Shown piece after piece: positions 59,936 through 64,000 of a stretch of DNA of 64,000 bases. How positions within the stretch are numbered: position 1 is the first letter of the stretch; every line of letters begins with the position of its first letter. A program made the position numbers and the translations under genes. The DNA is from an uncultured Nitrospinota bacterium. GTDB taxonomy: Bacteria > Tectomicrobia > Entotheonellia > J063 > CAVPRW01. The DNA lies in NCBI GenBank assembly GCA_963707985.1, contig CAVPRW010000042.1, positions 192,001-256,000 of the forward strand, read 5' to 3'. A model generated the notes under the pieces. The model worked only from the letters and a program-made list of their open reading frames with translations, did not search any database and was not told the origin of the DNA.

Positions 59936-61852
59936 GTGGCCGCAGTCGGCGACACCATCCCGAAACTGCTGCTGGCGAATGCCCAGCATTATGGTCATCG
60001 TCAGACGGCCATGCGGGAGAAGCAGTATGGGATCTGGCAAGCCTACAGTTGGGCGCGATATCTGGAGCAGGTGAAGGACTTTGCGCTCGGGCTCGCCAGG
60101 TTAGGCTTTCGACGCGATGACAAACTGGCCATCATCGGCGACAATCGCCCCCAACTCTACTGGGCGCTGGTGGCGGCTGAAGCCCTCGGGGGCATGCCAG
60201 TTCCCATTTATCAGGATGCCATCGCCACGGAAATGCAATATGTCATCGATCACTCCGACGCCAGGGTGGTCCTGGCCGAGGATCAGGAGCAGGTGGATAA
60301 GTTCATAGAGATGCGGGACCAGCTGCCTAAGGTCGAGTATGTGATTTACAGCGATCCAAAAGGGATGCGCCATTATACCTTTCCGTATCTCTTGAGCTTC
60401 ACGGAAGTTCAACAGCAAGGCCGTCTCTTCGGACAAGCGCACCCAGGCTACATTGAGGAGGCGGTGCACAACGGACAGGCTGAAGACGTGGCCATCATCA
60501 ACTACACCTCAGGAACGACCGGCGTCCCTAAGGGCGTGATGTTGACCCACCGCAACCTGATCACCACGGCGACGAGCTACCTCAAGGTCGACTCTCTGAG
60601 CGCACGCGACGAGATCATGGCGTATCTCCCCATGGCCTGGATCGGCGACACCTTCTTCTCCGTGGCGTTGTCTTTTCTCACAGGTGCGACCGTCAATTGC
60701 CCAGAAGACACGATGACGGTCCGTCAGGATTTCCGTGAAATCGGCCCGACCGTTACCTTTGCCCCGCCGCGCATCTGGGAAAATCTCCTATCGCAGGCGC
60801 AGGTGAAAATCGGCGATGCCGGTTGGCTACAACGCACTCTCTGCCAGAGCTTTCTCAGCATTGGTATGCAAGCCGCCAGGCAGCGTCTGGAGGGGAAGCC
60901 ATGCTCGCTCAAGCTGCGGCTCTTGACGCAGCTGGGGGAGTGGTTGGTCTACGCGCCGTTGCGGGACCAGCTTGGGTTGAGACGCCTCAGAGCCGCTACG
61001 ACGGGCGGGGCAGCCATCGGGCCGGAGGTGATCCAGTCCTTTCGCGCTATCGGGGTGAATCTCAAACAGCTTTACGGCATGACTGAGTGCTCGGCACCGG
61101 CGACGGTGCAGAGGGATGGGGCGGTCAAGGTGGATAGCGCCGGGCCCTGCATTCCTGGGGTGGAGGTGAAGATCAGCGACAGTGGCGAGGTGTTACTCCG
61201 TGGTCCAGGCCTTTTTGTTGGCTATTATAAAGCCCCAGAGGTCACGAATACAGCGCTCATCGATGGCTGGTTGGGCACTGGTGATGCAGGTTTTCTCGAT
61301 GCGGACGGCCACCTGGTGATCATCGACCGCGTCAAAGATGTCTCCCATCTACTCGACGGTGCGGTCTTCGCACCACAATACATCGAGAACCGTCTGAAAT
61401 TCAGCCCCTACATCAAGGAAGCCGTGGCAGCGGGCCATGAACGGCCTTACGTCGTCGCCATGATCAATATCGATCTGGAAGTCATCGGCAACTGGGCCGA
61501 AAGGCGCGGTATCCCTTATTCGGGCTATGCCGACCTGGCACAGACGCTTGAGGTCTACGATGTGATCCGGCACGAGATTCAACGCGTGAATGCAAGCCTC
61601 AATGCACCGTTGCGCATCCAGAAGTTCGTGCTGTTACACAAGGAGTTGGATCCGGATGATGCCGAAATCACTCGCACGCGCAAGCTGAGGCGTCGCTTCG
61701 TTTATGACAAATATCAGGAGATCTTCGATGCCATGTATGCCGAGGGTGTGCCCGAGGTCAAAGTGCGGGCGACCGTGACCTACGAGGATGGGCGCACGTC
61801 TGAAAGCGAACGTGTGCTGAGGATCAGCGCGGTCGTCGACAGAGGAGTGTAG
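59936..61852 (+). CDS. Long-chain acyl-CoA synthetase (AMP-binding)
   Basis: YTSGTTGVPKG, YGMTE, TGDAG, IIDR.KD, EITRTRK. Confidence 0.94.
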   Translation: MAAVGDTIPKLLLANAQHYGHRQTAMREKQYGIWQAYSWARYLEQVKDFALGLARLGFRRDDKLAIIGDNRPQLYWALVAAEALGGMPVPIYQDAIATEMQYVIDHSDARVVLAEDQEQVDKFIEMRDQLPKVEYVIYSDPKGMRHYTFPYLLSFTEVQQQGRLFGQAHPGYIEEAVHNGQAEDVAIINYTSGTTGVPKGVMLTHRNLITTATSYLKVDSLSARDEIMAYLPMAWIGDTFFSVALSFLTGATVNCPEDTMTVRQDFREIGPTVTFAPPRIWENLLSQAQVKIGDAGWLQRTLCQSFLSIGMQAARQRLEGKPCSLKLRLLTQLGEWLVYAPLRDQLGLRRLRAATTGGAAIGPEVIQSFRAIGVNLKQLYGMTECSAPATVQRDGAVKVDSAGPCIPGVEVKISDSGEVLLRGPGLFVGYYKAPEVTNTALIDGWLGTGDAGFLDADGHLVIIDRVKDVSHLLDGAVFAPQYIENRLKFSPYIKEAVAAGHERPYVVAMINIDLEVIGNWAERRGIPYSGYADLAQTLEVYDVIRHEIQRVNASLNAPLRIQKFVLLHKELDPDDAEITRTRKLRRRFVYDKYQEIFDAMYAEGVPEVKVRATVTYEDGRTSESERVLRISAVVDRGV

Positions 61853-61855
61853 CCG

Positions 61856-62746
61856 ATGTCCGGCGAACTATTATTCGCCGTTGAACTGGGGGTCAGTGGC
61901 CTGCTCGTGGGCATCATGTATGCCCTGGTGGCATTAGGGTTTGTGCTAATCTACAAGGCCTCGGCCGTCTTCAATTTTGCGCAAGGAGCCATGACGCTGT
62001 TCGCCGCCTTGGCGCTGGTCGGGTTCATCCCCTATCTCGGCATGGCCGGGGCGCTGGTCGCAGTGGTTATCCTCATGGCGTTGCTGGCGCTGGGGATTGA
62101 ACGCATCATCCTACGTCCCCTCGTCGCTAGACCCCCGTTGTCGCTGTTCATGGCCACCATCGGCTTAGGCTTCTTCCTGGAGGGGTTCTCTCAGGCGCTG
62201 TGGGGGACACAGCCGAAGGGCCTCGACATCGGCATCTCTGACACCCCATTCGAGGTGGCGGGCATTTTTATCAGCCGCCTGGATCTTCTGGGCGCCATCG
62301 TCGCCACCTTGCTTGTGTTGGCGCTGGTATGGTTCTTTCAGTGCACGACCACGGGGCTCGGTCTGCGAGCCGTGTCCGACGATCATGAGGCCGCCCTCGC
62401 GGTTGGTATCCCACTGAGGCAGGCATGGACGGTGACCTGGGCCATCGCCGGCATGGTAGCCGTTGTGGCGGGGATTCTGTGGGGGACTCGCTTGGGGGTC
62501 CAATTTAGTTTGTCGCTGGTGGCCTTGAAGGCACTGCCGGTACTGATCATTGGTGGGCTGGAGAGCATTCCAGGAGCCATCATCGGCGGGCTGATCGTGG
62601 GGGCAACCGAAAGGCTGGTGGGCGGGTTTATCGATCCTTACGTCGGTGGCGGGCTCAAGGATTTTTCCCCGTACGTGTTAGCCCTGGTGTTTCTCATCTT
62701 CCGGCCGTATGGGCTGTTTGGTCGAGAAATCATTGAACGGGTGTAG
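61856..62746 (+). CDS. LivH-type ABC permease
   Basis: YALVALG..LIY....FNFAQG, G..LRAV, RPYGLFG. Confidence 0.93.
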   Translation: MSGELLFAVELGVSGLLVGIMYALVALGFVLIYKASAVFNFAQGAMTLFAALALVGFIPYLGMAGALVAVVILMALLALGIERIILRPLVARPPLSLFMATIGLGFFLEGFSQALWGTQPKGLDIGISDTPFEVAGIFISRLDLLGAIVATLLVLALVWFFQCTTTGLGLRAVSDDHEAALAVGIPLRQAWTVTWAIAGMVAVVAGILWGTRLGVQFSLSLVALKALPVLIIGGLESIPGAIIGGLIVGATERLVGGFIDPYVGGGLKDFSPYVLALVFLIFRPYGLFGREIIERV

Positions 62747-62766
62747 AGAAGGGAGCACGGGTTCCC

Positions 62767-63837
62767 ATGTTCTACCGTGAAACCGGTGTCTTCCATGAAT
62801 CGTATGCCGCAGACATGGCCCTCTTCCCTGTCCCGCTGGATCGGTGGGGGGTGCTCATCTTGTTGCTGTTCGCTTGTCTGGGAATTCCCTACCTCACCAA
62901 TCAGTATTGGATAGGCAGCCTGATCATCCCGTTTCTTATCTTCGCGTTAGCCGCATTGGGACTGAATTTTTTGACAGGATATGCCGGACAACTCTCGTTG
63001 GGCCATGCAGCGTTCATGGGCGTTGGCGCCTATGGTGCGGTTCTTCTCTATGCTCGCTACGGCGTGCCTCTCCTGCCGAGCTTGTTGGGTGGTGGCCTGA
63101 TCGCCGCCGCGGTCGGCGCGCTGTTCGGACTGCCTGCCCTGCGGATCAAGGGCTTTTATCTCGCCGTCTCCACCCTTGCGGCTCAATTTATCATCGAATG
63201 GGTGATCACACATGTGAAGTGGATCGGGGGTGGCGTGTTTGCGACCATCGACACCCCGCCGCTGCGGATCGGGGGCTGGCTTCTCGATACCCCTGTCGAG
63301 AAATATTACCTAACCTTGGCGATCGTTATGGGCCTGACCATCTTCGCTAAAAACCTCGTGCGCAGCCGCGTGGGTCGCGCCTGGATGGCCATTCGCGATC
63401 GTGACATCGCCGCTGAAATGATGGGTATTTCCCTCTTCCGCTATAAGCTGTTAGCCTTCGCGGTCAGCTCCTTTTATGCAGGCATCGCGGGTGGGTTGAT
63501 GTCATGTACGTATTACGCGGCAGCGAACATCGAGGAATTTAATCTTCTGCTCTCATTTAGGTTGCTGGGCATGATTATTATCGGCGGCATGGGAAGCGTA
63601 TTGGGCTCATTCCTCGGGGCCGGGTTTATCGTCTTACTACCCATCTTTATCAATCAGGTTCTAGTCGCGTTTGGGAAAGTTGCCGGAAGGCTTGTCACCA
63701 CCGATCTACTCGCCAATACTGAATCCATGGTCTTCGGCGCCCTCATTGTGTGCTTCCTGATCGTGGAGCCACTGGGTTTGGCACGCCTGTGGCAGACGCT
63801 GAAGAATTACTTACGGCTGTGGCCGTTTCCATATTAG
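62767..63837 (+). CDS. LivM-type ABC permease
   Basis: GLN.LTGYAGQLSLGHAAF, GFYLA..TLA, GRAW.AIRD, EP.GL. Confidence 0.93.
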   Translation: MFYRETGVFHESYAADMALFPVPLDRWGVLILLLFACLGIPYLTNQYWIGSLIIPFLIFALAALGLNFLTGYAGQLSLGHAAFMGVGAYGAVLLYARYGVPLLPSLLGGGLIAAAVGALFGLPALRIKGFYLAVSTLAAQFIIEWVITHVKWIGGGVFATIDTPPLRIGGWLLDTPVEKYYLTLAIVMGLTIFAKNLVRSRVGRAWMAIRDRDIAAEMMGISLFRYKLLAFAVSSFYAGIAGGLMSCTYYAAANIEEFNLLLSFRLLGMIIIGGMGSVLGSFLGAGFIVLLPIFINQVLVAFGKVAGRLVTTDLLANTESMVFGALIVCFLIVEPLGLARLWQTLKNYLRLWPFPY

Positions 63838-63932
63838 CGTGAGACACTGTTCTTCTTGACTCTGTTGCGGGCACAGATAAAGATCGGGGAGGCAAGATGG
63901 GCGACTGGCATTTGCTGTCACGAGGAGAACCT

Positions 63933-64000
63933 ATGAAACGCCGCAAGACCTGTCCAATAACACCTCTGCTGCTGCTCGCGGTCGTACTCTGCTTCGGGGT
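63933..64000 (+). CDS. Start of a probable ABC substrate-binding protein (truncated by window end)
   Basis: SD GAGGAG then MKRRKTCPITPLLLLAVVLCFG signal-peptide-like start; position after the permeases. Confidence 0.5.
   Translation, partial: MKRRKTCPITPLLLLAVVLCFG

Overview
Accessory region of a GC-rich (~58-60%) diderm bacterium, rich in signalling and stress genes and littered with IS debris. Left to right: (1) a partner-switching operon, STAS-glgX-STAS-RsbW-like kinase-HAMP/PP2C, with no sigma factor in view; (2) DJ-1/PfpI, a TMEM175 K+ channel, IS110/IS21 remnants, and a secreted 2x(NTF2/SnoaL + RTX) gene split by a 128-bp MITE with 18-bp inverted repeats and a 6-bp target duplication; (3) a minus-strand cluster behind a sigma54 promoter: DJ-1, SnoaL, fused CoxS-CoxL-type Mo-hydroxylase, CoxM-type FAD subunit, two more NTF2-like genes, DJ-1, VOC/glyoxalase and an SphA-type barrel. 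Its Mo enzyme has lost all four Cys ligands of the second [2Fe-2S] cluster and has Asp at the catalytic Glu, making this the best candidate for an undescribed system; (4) a frameshifted sigma54 activator, a Tat-exported cholesterol-oxidase-like GMC gene, a second DJ-1 copy and a tandem HtrA-HtrA-LuxR module; (5) a trans-envelope protease/cAMP island: Sel1-caspase lipoprotein, autotransporter barrel, deleted TPR-CHAT, two CHASE2 adenylate cyclases, DUF928, FecR-TPR-barrel receptor, FecR, OmpA, CHASE2-PP2C, two MBL hydrolases (one fused to a cNMP/CRP module) and STAS; (6) the start of a Liv-type ABC/acyl-CoA ligase operon. Several genes carry single-base frameshifts that may be assembly errors. 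No rRNA, tRNA or CRISPR array was recognised. All family calls come from motif recognition by eye; no database searches were run.
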